DNA from: Desulfobacteraceae bacterium
Lineage (GTDB): Bacteria; Desulfobacterota; Desulfobacteria; Desulfobacterales; JAABSP01
NCBI GenBank assembly: GCA_011390345.1
Contig: JAABSP010000006.1
Span: 35,108 to 99,107 of the forward strand
Direction: 5' to 3'
Length of the DNA: 64,000 nt
Both the position numbers and the translations under genes were made by a program. Every line of letters starts with the position of its first letter. Positions within the stretch are counted from its first letter, which is position 1. Under the pieces are notes generated by a model that was not told the origin of the DNA, made no database searches, and saw nothing but the letters and a program-made list of their open reading frames with translations. Positions 1 to 10,235 of this stretch are shown piece after piece.

Positions 1-869
1 TCGACTTCCAGCAGAATTTGCCCCTGTTCCGTGAATTTGACCGCATTGCTCAGTAGATTGATCAGGATCTGGCGGATTTTGCAGGGGTCCGAATAGACCC
101 CCTTGGGAACATCCGGAGAGATCCGGGTCTTCAATTCCAGCCCATTTTTCTCAGCCGTCGCACGAAACATCTCCTGCACAAACCGAACGGTTGCATGGAG
201 ATTGAAATCCTCCATGTCCAGGGTCGTGCGGCCGGCATCGATTTTTGCCATCTCCAGCAGGTCGTTGATCAGCTTCAGCAGGTGATTGCCGCTGTTGGAA
301 ATCGCGCTGATATCTTTTTTGATCTGCGGTGTCAGATCAGGATAGGTCTGAATCAGCTCGGAAAAGCCGAGAATCCCCTGCAGGGGGCTGCGCAGCTCAT
401 GGCTCATGTGCGCAAGAAAACGGCTCTTGGTTCTGTTGGCCGACTCGGCCAGCTCCTTTGCCTCGCGAAGCTCATCCTGCATCCGCTGGATCGAGAGATG
501 GGTGCGTATTCTGGCCAGCAGTTCGCTGGTGTCGATCGGTTTGGTGATGTAGTCCACCGCGCCGAGATCAAAGCCTTTGATCTTGTCAAAGCTCTCGGTT
601 AAACCCGACATGAAGAGAATTGGGATCTCCTTTGTCTTTTCCGAATTCTTGAGCCGTCGGCAGGTTTCATAGCCGTCGATCCCCGGCAGCAGAATGTCGA
701 GCAGGATAAGATCGGGCAGAGTCCGCTCGGCCCTCTCCAGGGCCTTTTCACCGGTGGTCGCGACCGAAACCAGGTATCCTTCCGCCTCCAAAGCCGTATT
801 TACCATTCCGATGGATGCCGGATTGTCCTCTACCAGCAGTACGATCTCCTCACGATCTTTTCGCTTCAT
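1..869 (-). CDS. Hybrid response regulator / sensor histidine kinase, N-terminal part (gene runs off the window start)
   Basis: My own minus-strand translation from the ATG at 869 gives MKRKDREEIVLLVEDNPASI...LPDLILLDILLPGIDGYE (REC). An H-box FLAHMSHELRSPL (HisKA) follows, then the start of HATPase_c (ILINLLSNAVKF). It is absent from the ORF track because no stop lies inside the window. Confidence 0.85.
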   Translation of the reverse strand, partial: MKRKDREEIVLLVEDNPASIGMVNTALEAEGYLVSVATTGEKALERAERTLPDLILLDILLPGIDGYETCRRLKNSEKTKEIPILFMSGLTESFDKIKGFDLGAVDYITKPIDTSELLARIRTHLSIQRMQDELREAKELAESANRTKSRFLAHMSHELRSPLQGILGFSELIQTYPDLTPQIKKDISAISNSGNHLLKLINDLLEMAKIDAGRTTLDMEDFNLHATVRFVQEMFRATAEKNGLELKTRISPDVPKGVYSDPCKIRQILINLLSNAVKFTEQGQILLEV

Positions 870-1440
870 CTCCCCCTCCCTTTTTCCTTCTACTGATTAG
901 TAAAACTAATAAAGCCTCCGGTCGAAGACTTGAAATTAAAATTGTCAGTAAAAATATCGGATAGCAATCAAATATTTGTAAAGACTATAGACTTTGATAG
1001 CTTGGATTCCGCTCTGTATCAAGATCTCAGTAATTGATTCTTATATTTTATCTCATTGATCGGCGAATGACAATTAAAATGTAAAATATAAAATAATTAA
1101 AGCCCCTTACAAATAGTTCTTCCTGAAATGATCGCAAAGTTATCAAAATCCGGAAAAACTGGTATTCAGAATAATCGGCTAATATCCTTTGCATTATTTG
1201 AATCTTTTCGAAAAACCCAAATATTGGCCCAAAAGAGAAGCCGGGAACCGGGCCTCGCTATAGGGTGATCTCCGTCAAAAAATACCTGATTGACCCTATT
1301 TCAGAAGATCCTCGGAGCGGAGATAATGAATTCTTGAAAAAAAGAGACGCTGATGCCTGTTTGTGGATCAATATCAAGATGAGGAGGCGCACTATGGGGA
1401 GCACCAGATCAGCCGATGTGATGATAGAGGTTCTGATGGA

Positions 1441-3708
1441 ATGGCGATAAAGAGTATGAAACCGGACAGAACAACCCCCCTTTTCGGATGGCTCCTCTCC
1501 CTTATCGCATGGGGCTTTTTCTTCTGGCTGGCCAGATTTATAAGGCCCGTTGCATCGGGGAAGACCTTTCTCTTCTCCTTTTCCTGGGCTCCATCCATCG
1601 GCGTCGATCTCTCCTTCTACATAGACGGGCTGAGCCTGATTTTTGCCCTGCTGATCTCCGGCATCGGCGGGCTGATCTTCATCTATGCCGGCTCCTATCT
1701 TTCGGGAAAGCCTTTGAGGGGCCGCTTCTTCCTCTTTCTCATCGCGTTTATGCTCTCCATGCTCGGCCTGGTGATGGCAGACAATTTGATCCTTCTTTTT
1801 GGGTTCTGGGAGCTGACGAGCATCACCTCCTTTTTTCTGATAGGATTCGATCATGAAAAAGAGGAGTCGAGAAGTTCGGCCATGCAGGCGCTGATCGTGA
1901 CCGGAGCCGGGGGGCTCTGCCTTCTGGCCGGGGCCATTCTGCTGGCTATGGTCGGAGGAACCCCGAGCCTTTCCGAACTGATGACCAGAGGGGAGATGGT
2001 CCGATCCCATGGGCTCTATCTGCCGATTCTGATTCTGATCCTGATCGGGGCCGCCACCAAGTCGGCACAGTTCCCGTTTCACTTCTGGCTGCCCAACGCG
2101 ATGGCCGCGCCCACGCCGGTCTCGGCCTATCTCCACTCGGCAACCATGGTCAAGGCCGGGGTCTATCTGGCCGCGCGGGTCAACCCGATCCTCGGCACCA
2201 CCCCGCAGTGGGAGTATCTGGTGACGGGAATGGGGTTTGTCACCATGATCATCGCGGCCTATCTGGTGCTCATCAGCTCCGATCTCAAGCGGATTCTGGC
2301 CTATTCCACGGTCGCGGCCCTGGGACTTTTCATGATGCTCATCGGAATGGGAACGGCCGTTGCCCTCAAGGCGATGATCCTCTACCTCATGGCCCATGCC
2401 TTCTATAAGGCCGCACTCTTCATGATCGCAGGGATCATTTATCACGAGACCGGGATTCGGGATGCCCAGGGGCTTGGGGGGCTGTGGCGGATCATGCCGA
2501 TCACCGGGATTGCGGCTCTGCTTGCGCTGCTCTCCAAATCAGGGATTCCTCCCTTTGTCACCTTCATCGGAAAGGAGATGGTCTTCGAGGCAACCCTCGA
2601 TTCGGCCCTTTCCCTTCTTCTGACGGCCGGGGTCTTCTTTGTCAGCGTCAGTTTTGTGGTTGCGGCCTTTCTGGTCGGCTTTGGCCCCTTTTTCAAAAAG
2701 ATGCCCGACTATGGTAAAAAGATTCACGAGGTCTCTTTCTCCTTCTGGATCGGCCCTATGGTGCTGTCGGTTCTGGGGATTTTCTGGGGGATTTTCAATG
2801 ACCGGACAGGCCGATGGTTCGTCTCTCCGGCCGCGTCTGCAATCTTCGGAGATGAGGTGAATGTCCATCTGGCGCTCTGGCACGGGGTCGATATCAAGCT
2901 GCTGCTGAGCGGGGCCGCAATCCTTCTGGGGATTCTTCTGTATGCCCTCTGGGGAAGGCCCTTTCGCCGGATGATCGGATGGGGGGAGGATCGGCGCTGG
3001 TTTGGGCCGGAGTGGGGATATGGAATGCTGCTCGATTTCATCCGGATGCTCTCCCGGTGGGGGGGGAGGATTCTGCAGAACGGGCTCCTCCACTACTATA
3101 TCCTCTTTGTGATTATCGGGGCCATCGGGATCATCGGCCTGCCCCTTCTGGAACTGAACATCAAAAGTCTCTTTTTAAAGGGCCAGAGCGGAACCTTTTA
3201 CGAGATCGGGCTGGTGATCATTCTGCTGGCCGGAATCCTCCAGGTGGTCTTTTCCGGTTCAAGGATCATATCCATTGTGGGGCTCGGAGTTGTCGGGTAC
3301 GGGATGGCGCTTCTCTTTCTTCTCTTCAGCGCGCCGGACCTGGCCATGACCCAGTTTGCCATCGAGACCCTTTCGGTGATTCTGCTGGTGCTGGTGATTC
3401 TTCACATCCCCCGGCTTACCCACCATTCGAGCCGGCTCTCCAGGAGGGTGGATGCCTTTTTCGCCCTTTCCATCGGCGCGCTGATCACCATCCTCGTTCT
3501 CATGACCGCAGGGCTTCCGGAAATGGGATCTGTGGGGAGTTACTTTGCCGAAAACAGCTATATCAAAGCCCATGGCCGAAACGTGGTCAATGTTATCCTG
3601 GTCGATTTCAGAAGCTTTGACACCCTCGGAGAGATCACGGTGCTTTCGGTGGCCGCGATGGGGGTCTATTCCCTGCTCCGGCTGCGACAGGAGGAGAAAA
3701 AGAGATGA
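1441..3708 (+). CDS. mrpA: Mrp-type Na+(K+)/H+ antiporter subunit A (NuoL-like plus MrpB-like C-terminal domain)
   Basis: Long polytopic ORF with NuoL/ND5-like motifs (FWLPNAMAAPTPVSAYLHSATMVKAGVYL). It is the first of seven overlapping genes in canonical mrp order. The start is uncertain: the track ORF starts at 1363, and ATGs at 1441 or 1456 sit just before the first TM segment. Confidence 0.9.
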   Translation: MAIKSMKPDRTTPLFGWLLSLIAWGFFFWLARFIRPVASGKTFLFSFSWAPSIGVDLSFYIDGLSLIFALLISGIGGLIFIYAGSYLSGKPLRGRFFLFLIAFMLSMLGLVMADNLILLFGFWELTSITSFFLIGFDHEKEESRSSAMQALIVTGAGGLCLLAGAILLAMVGGTPSLSELMTRGEMVRSHGLYLPILILILIGAATKSAQFPFHFWLPNAMAAPTPVSAYLHSATMVKAGVYLAARVNPILGTTPQWEYLVTGMGFVTMIIAAYLVLISSDLKRILAYSTVAALGLFMMLIGMGTAVALKAMILYLMAHAFYKAALFMIAGIIYHETGIRDAQGLGGLWRIMPITGIAALLALLSKSGIPPFVTFIGKEMVFEATLDSALSLLLTAGVFFVSVSFVVAAFLVGFGPFFKKMPDYGKKIHEVSFSFWIGPMVLSVLGIFWGIFNDRTGRWFVSPAASAIFGDEVNVHLALWHGVDIKLLLSGAAILLGILLYALWGRPFRRMIGWGEDRRWFGPEWGYGMLLDFIRMLSRWGGRILQNGLLHYYILFVIIGAIGIIGLPLLELNIKSLFLKGQSGTFYEIGLVIILLAGILQVVFSGSRIISIVGLGVVGYGMALLFLLFSAPDLAMTQFAIETLSVILLVLVILHIPRLTHHSSRLSRRVDAFFALSIGALITILVLMTAGLPEMGSVGSYFAENSYIKAHGRNVVNVILVDFRSFDTLGEITVLSVAAMGVYSLLRLRQEEKKR

Positions 3709-4163
3709 ACCAGACAGAGGAGAAAAAGAAAAGAAGAAAAGGGGGCAGACATATCGCCTCCCTCAACCTGACGGTCGGAGTCCGGTATCTTCTGCCGCTG
3801 CTGATCTTTTTGTCGTTCGATATCCTGATCCAGGGCCATCATGAGCCCGGCGGCGGATTTGTGGGGGGAATCGTGGCCGCGTCCGCCATCGCCCTCTATG
3901 CCCTCTCCTGCGGCCCCCACAATGCCCGGAAACTGATGCGGGTCAGCCCCAGGATCTTTATCGCGGGGGGGCTTACACTCGCCCTTGTCAGCGGGTGCAT
4001 TCCCCTTTTTGTGGGAGCCCCTTTTCTGACCGGCATCTGGGGCGGCTCCGACATTCCGGTGATTCAGAGCATCGGCACCCCCCTCTTCTTCGATATCGGC
4101 GTCTACCTTCTGGTGATCGGGGTGATGATGACCTTTCTGCTGACTCTGATGGAGGATGTCTGA
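3705..4163 (+). CDS. mrpB: Mrp antiporter subunit B
   Basis: MnhB-type motif GHHEPGGGFVGG. Its start overlaps the mrpA stop by 4 nt, and it holds the expected operon position. Confidence 0.8.
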   Translation: MNQTEEKKKRRKGGRHIASLNLTVGVRYLLPLLIFLSFDILIQGHHEPGGGFVGGIVAASAIALYALSCGPHNARKLMRVSPRIFIAGGLTLALVSGCIPLFVGAPFLTGIWGGSDIPVIQSIGTPLFFDIGVYLLVIGVMMTFLLTLMEDV

Positions 4164-4530
4164 CATGACCTTTCTGCTGGCTGTGGCTACAGGAGCGCTC
4201 TATGCCGGGGGCTTCTACCTGATGATGCGAAGAAGCCTGTTCAAGATGATCATGGGGGTGGTTCTCATGGGACATGCGGCAAATCTGCTCATCTTCACCC
4301 TGGGAGGGCTGGTACGGGGGCTTCCCCCCTATATCGCAGAGGGGCAGAAGCATCTGGGCGAGCACTTTGCCGATCCCCTGCCCCAGGCCCTGATTCTGAC
4401 CGCAATCGTCATCGGATTCGGCGTCAACGCGTTTGGAGTGGTGCTCATCCGCCGGGTACATGAGTCCGTAAAGACCGGTGATCTCGATGAGATGATCGAA
4501 ACCGACAGTCCCGAAGAGCTGCTCAAATGA
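4156..4530 (+). CDS. mrpC: Mrp antiporter subunit C (NuoK-like)
   Basis: 124-aa protein with three TM segments and NuoK-like sequence. It overlaps mrpB and holds the expected operon position. Confidence 0.85.
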   Translation: MSDMTFLLAVATGALYAGGFYLMMRRSLFKMIMGVVLMGHAANLLIFTLGGLVRGLPPYIAEGQKHLGEHFADPLPQALILTAIVIGFGVNAFGVVLIRRVHESVKTGDLDEMIETDSPEELLK

Positions 4531-6041
4531 ATTTATGTCTTCTTTTTCCGATCCTGATCCCGATGACGACCGGGATCGTCGCGCTTTTTTTCTGGAATCA
4601 TCTCCGGATTCAGCGGATCATCAGCATTCTGGGCGGGGCCGGGCTTTTCGGCTCGGGGATCTATCTTCTTCTCTGTCTGCTTGACGGAGGAATCCCGACG
4701 GTCCAGATCGGCGGCTGGCCCGCGCCCTTCGGCATCACCCTTGCGGCCGATCCTCTCAGCGTCGTGATGGTTCTTCTGACCGGAACCGTGGGGCTGGCGG
4801 TCTCGGTTCAATCCCTTACCGGCATCGACTCCCGGCGGGAGGCATTCGGCTACTATCCGCTGCTTCACATCATGCTCATGGGGGTATGCGGGGCCTTTCT
4901 CACCGGCGATATCTTCAACCTCTTTGTCTGGTTCGAGGTGATGCTCTTTGCCTCCTTTGTGCTGCTGGAACTGGGCGGAGAACGGGCACAACTGGAGGGA
5001 ACCGTCAAATATCTGGCCCTGAATCTGGTCGCCTCCTCCCTTTTTCTCTCTGCGGTCGGCCTCCTCTATTCGGCTGCCGGAACCCTGAACATGGCCCATC
5101 TGGCCCAGCGGATCCCGGAGATCGACCATCAGATCTTTCCCCAGGCCATGGCCATGCTCTTTATAGTCGCCTTCGGCCTCAAGGCCGCGATTTTCCCCTT
5201 CTTCTTCTGGCTGCCGGCCTCCTACCACACGCCGCCTGGCCCGGTGGCCGCGATCTTTGCCGGGCTCCTCACCAAGGTGGGGGTCTATTCTCTTATCCGG
5301 GTCTTTACCCTCTTCTTTCCGGGAAGCAGTGACATGCTGCTCTTTCTCGCGGGGCTGACTCTGGTTTCAGGGTGTCTGATCGCCCTGGTTCAGACCCATG
5401 TCCGGCGGGTCTTCTCCTTTCTGCTGGTGGGGCATATCGGCTATATGATCATGGGGCTGGGCCTATTTACCCCGTTGGCCCTTGCCGGCGCGATCTTCTA
5501 TCTTATCCATGATATTGTCGATATCACCGCCCTTTTTCTCATCAGCGGCCTGATACAGAAGATCGCCGGCACCGAATCGATAGATCGGATCAGGGGGCTT
5601 TACAGGTCCCATCCGTTTCTGGCGCTGCTCTTTCTGGTTCCGGCGCTGTCCCTTTCGGGCATCCCCCCCTTTTCCGGTTTCTGGGGAAAGCTGATTCTGA
5701 TCCGCGCAGGTCTGGAAGCCAAGGCATATGTCCTGGTGGGGGCCGGGCTGGTTGCGGCCTTTTTGACCCTTTGGGTCTTGAGCGCACTCTGGAGCGATCT
5801 TTTCTGGCGGCCGGAGAAACCCGATGAGGCGGCTAAAGCAGATCAATTGCCTCAAGAGGAGAGGGGATGGAAAGGATTCGGAGCGGAGGTGGCGCTGTAT
5901 GGGCCCGTTGCCGGCCTTGCCCTGATTACGCTGCTTCTGGGGATCTTTGCCGAGCCGGTATATGGGTTGTGCCGGATGGCGGCCGGCCATCTTCTTGACC
6001 CTTCGGCCTATATCGGGGCCGTGCTGGGAGGAAATCCATGA
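4527..6041 (+). CDS. mrpD: Mrp antiporter subunit D (NuoN/NuoM-like)
   Basis: 504-aa polytopic protein with the motif FFFWLPASYHTPPGPVAAIFAGLLTKVGVY, typical of proton-translocating NuoM/N-like subunits. A 4-nt overlap joins it to mrpC. Confidence 0.9.
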   Translation: MNLCLLFPILIPMTTGIVALFFWNHLRIQRIISILGGAGLFGSGIYLLLCLLDGGIPTVQIGGWPAPFGITLAADPLSVVMVLLTGTVGLAVSVQSLTGIDSRREAFGYYPLLHIMLMGVCGAFLTGDIFNLFVWFEVMLFASFVLLELGGERAQLEGTVKYLALNLVASSLFLSAVGLLYSAAGTLNMAHLAQRIPEIDHQIFPQAMAMLFIVAFGLKAAIFPFFFWLPASYHTPPGPVAAIFAGLLTKVGVYSLIRVFTLFFPGSSDMLLFLAGLTLVSGCLIALVQTHVRRVFSFLLVGHIGYMIMGLGLFTPLALAGAIFYLIHDIVDITALFLISGLIQKIAGTESIDRIRGLYRSHPFLALLFLVPALSLSGIPPFSGFWGKLILIRAGLEAKAYVLVGAGLVAAFLTLWVLSALWSDLFWRPEKPDEAAKADQLPQEERGWKGFGAEVALYGPVAGLALITLLLGIFAEPVYGLCRMAAGHLLDPSAYIGAVLGGNP

Positions 6042-6511
6042 AAACCTTTCTGCTCAACATCCTTCTTTCGGCCCTCTGGGTGGCCATCACCGGCGGATTC
6101 AGCGCAAAAAACTTTCTGGTCGGCTATATTCTGGCATTTATGATCCTCTGGTTTGTCCAGGGAACCGGCGAGGCTACCCCCTATTTCGACAAGGTGCGGG
6201 CTATTCTCTTCTTCTTTTTCTTCTTCATATGGGAGCTGATCAAGGCCAACTTCCGGCTGGCCCTCGACATCCTCACCCCGGCCCACCGGATGGAGCCGGG
6301 GGTGATCGCCATACCGCTCGATGTGGAGACCGATGCAGAAATCGTCCTGCTCTCCACCCTGATCACCCTCACCCCGGGAACCTTGAGCCTTCATGTCTCC
6401 CGGGATCGAAAGATGCTTTTTATCCATGCCATGTATATCGATGATCCGGACCGTTTCCGGGAGAGTGTCAAAAGCGGTTTCGAACATCGCATCCTGGAGC
6501 TTTTCCGATGA
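6038..6511 (+). CDS. mrpE: Mrp antiporter subunit E
   Basis: 157-aa membrane protein in the MnhE position, with 4-nt overlaps on both sides. Confidence 0.8.
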   Translation: MKTFLLNILLSALWVAITGGFSAKNFLVGYILAFMILWFVQGTGEATPYFDKVRAILFFFFFFIWELIKANFRLALDILTPAHRMEPGVIAIPLDVETDAEIVLLSTLITLTPGTLSLHVSRDRKMLFIHAMYIDDPDRFRESVKSGFEHRILELFR

Positions 6512-6783
6512 ATATTATTGATATCTTTCACTTTACAACGATTCTGCTCCTCACCTTCTCCTTCTTCTGCGCCTTTTTCCGCCTGCTGATGGGCCCCAGC
6601 CTGCCGGACCGGGTGGTCTCTCTGGAGCTGATGTCGGTGATCAGCATCGGGATCATCTGTGCCGAGGCCATCACCACCGGAGAGAGGGTCTTTCTGGAGG
6701 TTGCGGTGATTCTGGCGCTGGTCTCCTTTCTGGGGACCATCGCGTTTGCCTTTTACATGAAAAATGAGGACAGGCCCGAATGA
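6508..6783 (+). CDS. mrpF: Mrp antiporter subunit F
   Basis: 91-aa protein carrying the MnhF-type motif GPSLPDRVVSLELMS. Confidence 0.8.
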   Translation: MNIIDIFHFTTILLLTFSFFCAFFRLLMGPSLPDRVVSLELMSVISIGIICAEAITTGERVFLEVAVILALVSFLGTIAFAFYMKNEDRPE

Positions 6784-7169
6784 TTTTTGATATTTTTTAT
6801 GGAATTCTCATGGTGATCGGTGCGCTCTTCATGTCTCTTGCGGGTTTAGGCATCATCCGGATGCCGGATCTCTATACCCGGATCTCCGCTGCCACAAAGG
6901 CATCCACACTGGGGGCCGCCTTTCTGCTGCTGTCGGTGGCCGTTAAGTTTCAGGAGCCGGCCATTGTTGTCCGGATGATAGCGGTGATCTTCTTCATCGC
7001 GCTTACCGCGCCCATCTCCGCGCATATCATCGGACGCACCGCCTATCTCACCGGCATTCCCCTGTGGGAGAAATCGAAGATCGACGAGTTCAAAGAGGCG
7101 GCCCAAACGGTGATGGAGGATGAGGAGAGGGCCGCTGAGGAGGGGGAGAACCCGATGGGCTGTCTATAG
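6780..7169 (+). CDS. mrpG: Mrp antiporter subunit G
   Basis: MnhG-type motif IIRMPDLYTRISAATKASTLGA. It is the last gene of the operon. Confidence 0.8.
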   Translation: MIFDIFYGILMVIGALFMSLAGLGIIRMPDLYTRISAATKASTLGAAFLLLSVAVKFQEPAIVVRMIAVIFFIALTAPISAHIIGRTAYLTGIPLWEKSKIDEFKEAAQTVMEDEERAAEEGENPMGCL

Positions 7170-7252
7170 AAAAAATCTGTCTGGGACTGCCCCTTTACGA
7201 CAGTAGAATCAATGATAAATAGAAACATCAACAGAAACAATGAGGTAAAAAA

Positions 7253-7762
7253 ATGGCAAAGATTGCAGCGATCCTGACAAATCTGTTCGAGGATGTGGAG
7301 TACACCAAGCCGGTCGAATCTTTCAAGGAAAAGGGGCACACGGTGGTCAACGTGGGCCTGGAGAAGGGTCAGACCGTCAAGGGAAAGAAGAAGAATACGC
7401 CTGTTGTCATTGACGAGGCCGTCAAGGATGTATCGGTGGATGATTTTGATGCGCTGCTGATCCCGGGCGGCTACTCCCCGGATCAGCTCCGGGTGGACCA
7501 GAACGCGGTCGATTTTACAAAGCGCTTTGTGGAGAGCGGGAAACCGGTCTTCTCCATCTGCCACGCTCCGCAACTGCTGATCACGGCGCAGGCCATAGAA
7601 GGCCGAAAAATTACCGGATACAAGTCGATCATCCAGGACATCAAGAATGCGGGGGCCCACTTCATCGACGATGAGGTGGTGGTGGACGGCAACCTCGTAA
7701 GCAGCCGGAATCCTGATGACATTCCCGCGTTCATAGAGGCATCCTTGAAGAAACTCTCTTAG
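7253..7762 (+). CDS. DJ-1/PfpI family intracellular protease/deglycase
   Basis: 169 aa with LLIPGGYSP and the nucleophile elbow FSICHAPQLL, typical of PfpI/YhbO. Confidence 0.85.
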   Translation: MAKIAAILTNLFEDVEYTKPVESFKEKGHTVVNVGLEKGQTVKGKKKNTPVVIDEAVKDVSVDDFDALLIPGGYSPDQLRVDQNAVDFTKRFVESGKPVFSICHAPQLLITAQAIEGRKITGYKSIIQDIKNAGAHFIDDEVVVDGNLVSSRNPDDIPAFIEASLKKLS

Positions 7763-7823
7763 AGGGAGGCCAACTGCAGTATCGTATGGAATAAAAGAGA
7801 AAATAATCAAAAGGAGGCGTTCT

Positions 7824-8813
7824 ATGGAATTTGTCACCGTGCCGGGAACCGATATGAAACTCTCCCGGATCGCCATCGGCACTTGGGCCATCGGCGGCTG
7901 GATGTGGGGAGGAACAGACGAGGCCGAATCGATCCGGACGATCCATGAAGCATTGGATCGGGGGATCAATACGGTCGATACGGCCCCGGTCTATGGGTTC
8001 GGCCGCTCCGAAGAGATCGTGGGAAAGGCCGTAAAGGAGTACGGGGGAAGAGACAAGCTCTATCTCTCCACAAAGGTGGCCCTGGAATGGAAGGATGAGA
8101 AGGTATTCCGGAATTCAACAAGAGAGCGGATCGAAAAGGAGATCGACGACTCTCTGCGCCGGCTGAGGACCGACTACATCGATCTCTATTTCATCCATTG
8201 GCCAGACCCGCTGGTCCCCTTCGGAGAGACGGCCCAAGTGATGGAGGAGCTGATCCAAAAGGGGAAGATCCGCACGGTCGGGGTGAGCAACTACAGCCCC
8301 GAGCAGATGGATGCCTTTCGAGAAGCCGGAACCATCCACTTCTGCCAGCCCCCCTACAATCTCTTCGAGCGGGAGATCGAATCGGACGTAAAGCCCTACT
8401 GCGGAAAGAATGAGATCTTTCTGATGACCTACGGCGCACTCTGCCGGGGGCTGCTCTCAGGAAAGATGTCAAAAGATCGGGAGTTTGAGGGGGATGATCT
8501 GCGGAAATTCGATCCCAAGTTCAAGGAGCCCCGATTCGGCCAGTATCTGGAGGCGGTCGGAAAACTGGAAAAGCTGGCCCAGGAGCGGTTCGACAAGAGC
8601 CTTCTGGCCTTTTCGGTACGGTGGATTCTGGATCAGGGGGTCGAGATCGCGCTCTGGGGCGGCCGAAAGCCCGATCAGATGAAGCCGGTGAACGATGCCA
8701 CCGGATGGACCATGGATGAGAAGACCAAGGGGGATGTGGAGACGATCCTGGAGGAGACGATCAAAGATCCTGTGGGGCCCGAGTTCATGGCTCCGCCCTC
8801 GAGAAAGGAATAG
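7824..8813 (+). CDS. Aldo/keto reductase
   Basis: N-terminus LSRIAIGTWAIGGWMWGG...INTVDTAPVYGFGRSEEIVGKA and IDLYFIHWPD match the AKR family pattern. Confidence 0.9.
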   Translation: MEFVTVPGTDMKLSRIAIGTWAIGGWMWGGTDEAESIRTIHEALDRGINTVDTAPVYGFGRSEEIVGKAVKEYGGRDKLYLSTKVALEWKDEKVFRNSTRERIEKEIDDSLRRLRTDYIDLYFIHWPDPLVPFGETAQVMEELIQKGKIRTVGVSNYSPEQMDAFREAGTIHFCQPPYNLFEREIESDVKPYCGKNEIFLMTYGALCRGLLSGKMSKDREFEGDDLRKFDPKFKEPRFGQYLEAVGKLEKLAQERFDKSLLAFSVRWILDQGVEIALWGGRKPDQMKPVNDATGWTMDEKTKGDVETILEETIKDPVGPEFMAPPSRKE

Positions 8814-8849
8814 GATTCGGATCAATGGAGAAAGGCGGGAGGTGAATCA

Positions 8850-10085
8850 ATGGATCAATTTCTGGAACAGTGGGCCGAGGCGGCCTATACAAGCATCGGT
8901 TTCTTCTGGATGGCGCTGTGGGCATTTGCCCTGGGATATCTGATTTCCAGCCTGATCCAGGTGTTGGTCACCCGGGAGCGGATGCAGAAGACAATGGGAG
9001 TGTCGGGGCCCAAAAGCGTTGCCCTGGCCACTTTTTTCGGCTTCATCTCCAGCTCCTGCAGCTTTGCGGCATTGTCGACCACCCGGGCTCTGTTCCAGAA
9101 GGGCGCGGGGCTGGTCCCCGCGATGGCCTTCATGCTCTCCTCTACCAATCTGGTGATTGAGCTGGGGATCGTGATCGCCATATTCCTGAGCTGGCAGTTC
9201 GTGGTTGGAGAGTATGTTGGAGGGCTTCTGCTGATCGGATTCGCCTGGCTCTTTATCCGGCTGACCCGGCCCAAAAACCTGATCGAGAAGGTTCGAAAGC
9301 GGCTGGGCCATGATGAAAATGATCAGGATGGCGGGCCGTCCTGGAAGGAGAAGGCAGGCTCCCTCAAGGGCTGGCAGCAGATCGGCATGAAGTATGTGAT
9401 GGAATGGCAGATGGTCTGGAAGGACATCCTGATCGGCTTTACCATTGCCGGCATCATCTCGGCCTTTGTCCCCCAATCTTTCTTTCAGACGCTCTTTATC
9501 GGCTCAGGGGGGGAGAACGCGCAGCATCCTGGATTCCTGGCGGTGCTGGCGCAGGTGCTGGTGGGGCCCGTGGCCGCATTCTTCACCTTTATCGGTTCGA
9601 TGGGCAATATCCCCCTGGCCGCTGTTCTATTCGATAACGGGGTCAGCTTTGCAGGGGTCATGGCCTTCATCTTTTCCGATCTGGTGGTGCTGCCGGTGCT
9701 GCGGATCAACGCGGAGTATTACGGCTGGAAGATGGCGCTCTATATCCTGGCCATTCTCTTTACCTGCCTTATCGCAACCGCCCTTGTGATGCATTACGCC
9801 TTTCTTTTTTTGGACATCCTGCCCGAGAGCGGCGCGGGAAAGGATATCACCGACAGAGAGATGTTCAAGCTCAATTACGGCTTTTTTCTCAATATCTTCT
9901 TTCTGGGGGTGAGCCTGCTGCTCGGCTGGCTCTGGGCCCGGCAGCGGGCCGCACAGGATCATGGCGGACATGGCGGTTCAGATACGACCGCAACCGTTTG
10001 GATACTGCGGGCCTTCTCTCTTCTTTCCGTCATATGGCTGGCAGGGGGGCTGATCGTCAAGGCCTTTGGTATCGATGGCGGATGA
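8850..10085 (+). CDS. Predicted permease (DUF318/ArsP-type two-repeat membrane protein)
   Basis: 411-aa polytopic protein. FFGFISSSCSFAALSTTRALFQKGAG resembles the conserved Cys-containing segment of the YraQ/ArsP permease family. The family assignment is from memory only. Confidence 0.65.
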   Translation: MDQFLEQWAEAAYTSIGFFWMALWAFALGYLISSLIQVLVTRERMQKTMGVSGPKSVALATFFGFISSSCSFAALSTTRALFQKGAGLVPAMAFMLSSTNLVIELGIVIAIFLSWQFVVGEYVGGLLLIGFAWLFIRLTRPKNLIEKVRKRLGHDENDQDGGPSWKEKAGSLKGWQQIGMKYVMEWQMVWKDILIGFTIAGIISAFVPQSFFQTLFIGSGGENAQHPGFLAVLAQVLVGPVAAFFTFIGSMGNIPLAAVLFDNGVSFAGVMAFIFSDLVVLPVLRINAEYYGWKMALYILAILFTCLIATALVMHYAFLFLDILPESGAGKDITDREMFKLNYGFFLNIFFLGVSLLLGWLWARQRAAQDHGGHGGSDTTATVWILRAFSLLSVIWLAGGLIVKAFGIDGG

Positions 10086-10235
10086 AAGGCCGGCCCGAAT
10101 CACCCTTTCGGGATCAGCATCAGGGCAAAGAGGGCCGCCAGATAGAAGATGGAACAGCCGGAGATACTCGGCCTGAATTTAAAAAAGGATGTTCATTTAA
10201 GAAGTTAATGATTCTCCCTTATAGATTCTGTTCCG

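Noticed and set aside
1260-1324. Possible H-type pseudoknot in the long mrp leader. ATAGGGT (1260-1266) pairs with ACCCTAT (1293-1299), and ATCTCCG (1268-1274) pairs with CGGAGAT (1318-1324). This could be a riboswitch-like element.
   Set aside because: Two 7-bp complementarities within a 570-bp intergenic region are about what chance predicts. I recognise no riboswitch consensus, and the transcription start is unknown. It is worth a covariance-model scan (Rfam/Infernal) but is not supportable from this sequence alone.
870-1440. An approx. 570-bp AT-rich divergent intergenic region with loosely repeated ATTAAAAT(T)GT…AAAATAT segments (about 935-957 and 1072-1093). I considered a mobile-element scar or a sigma54 promoter.
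   Set aside because: I found no terminal inverted repeats, no transposase remnants and no GG-N10-GC sigma54 spacing. AT-rich curved DNA is common between divergent promoters.
1258-2445. A 395-aa minus-strand ORF.
   Set aside because: It lies antisense to mrpA and extends into the AT-rich intergenic region. Its composition is hydrophilic Arg/Gly/His/Asp-rich, typical of the antisense frame of a GC-rich membrane-protein gene.
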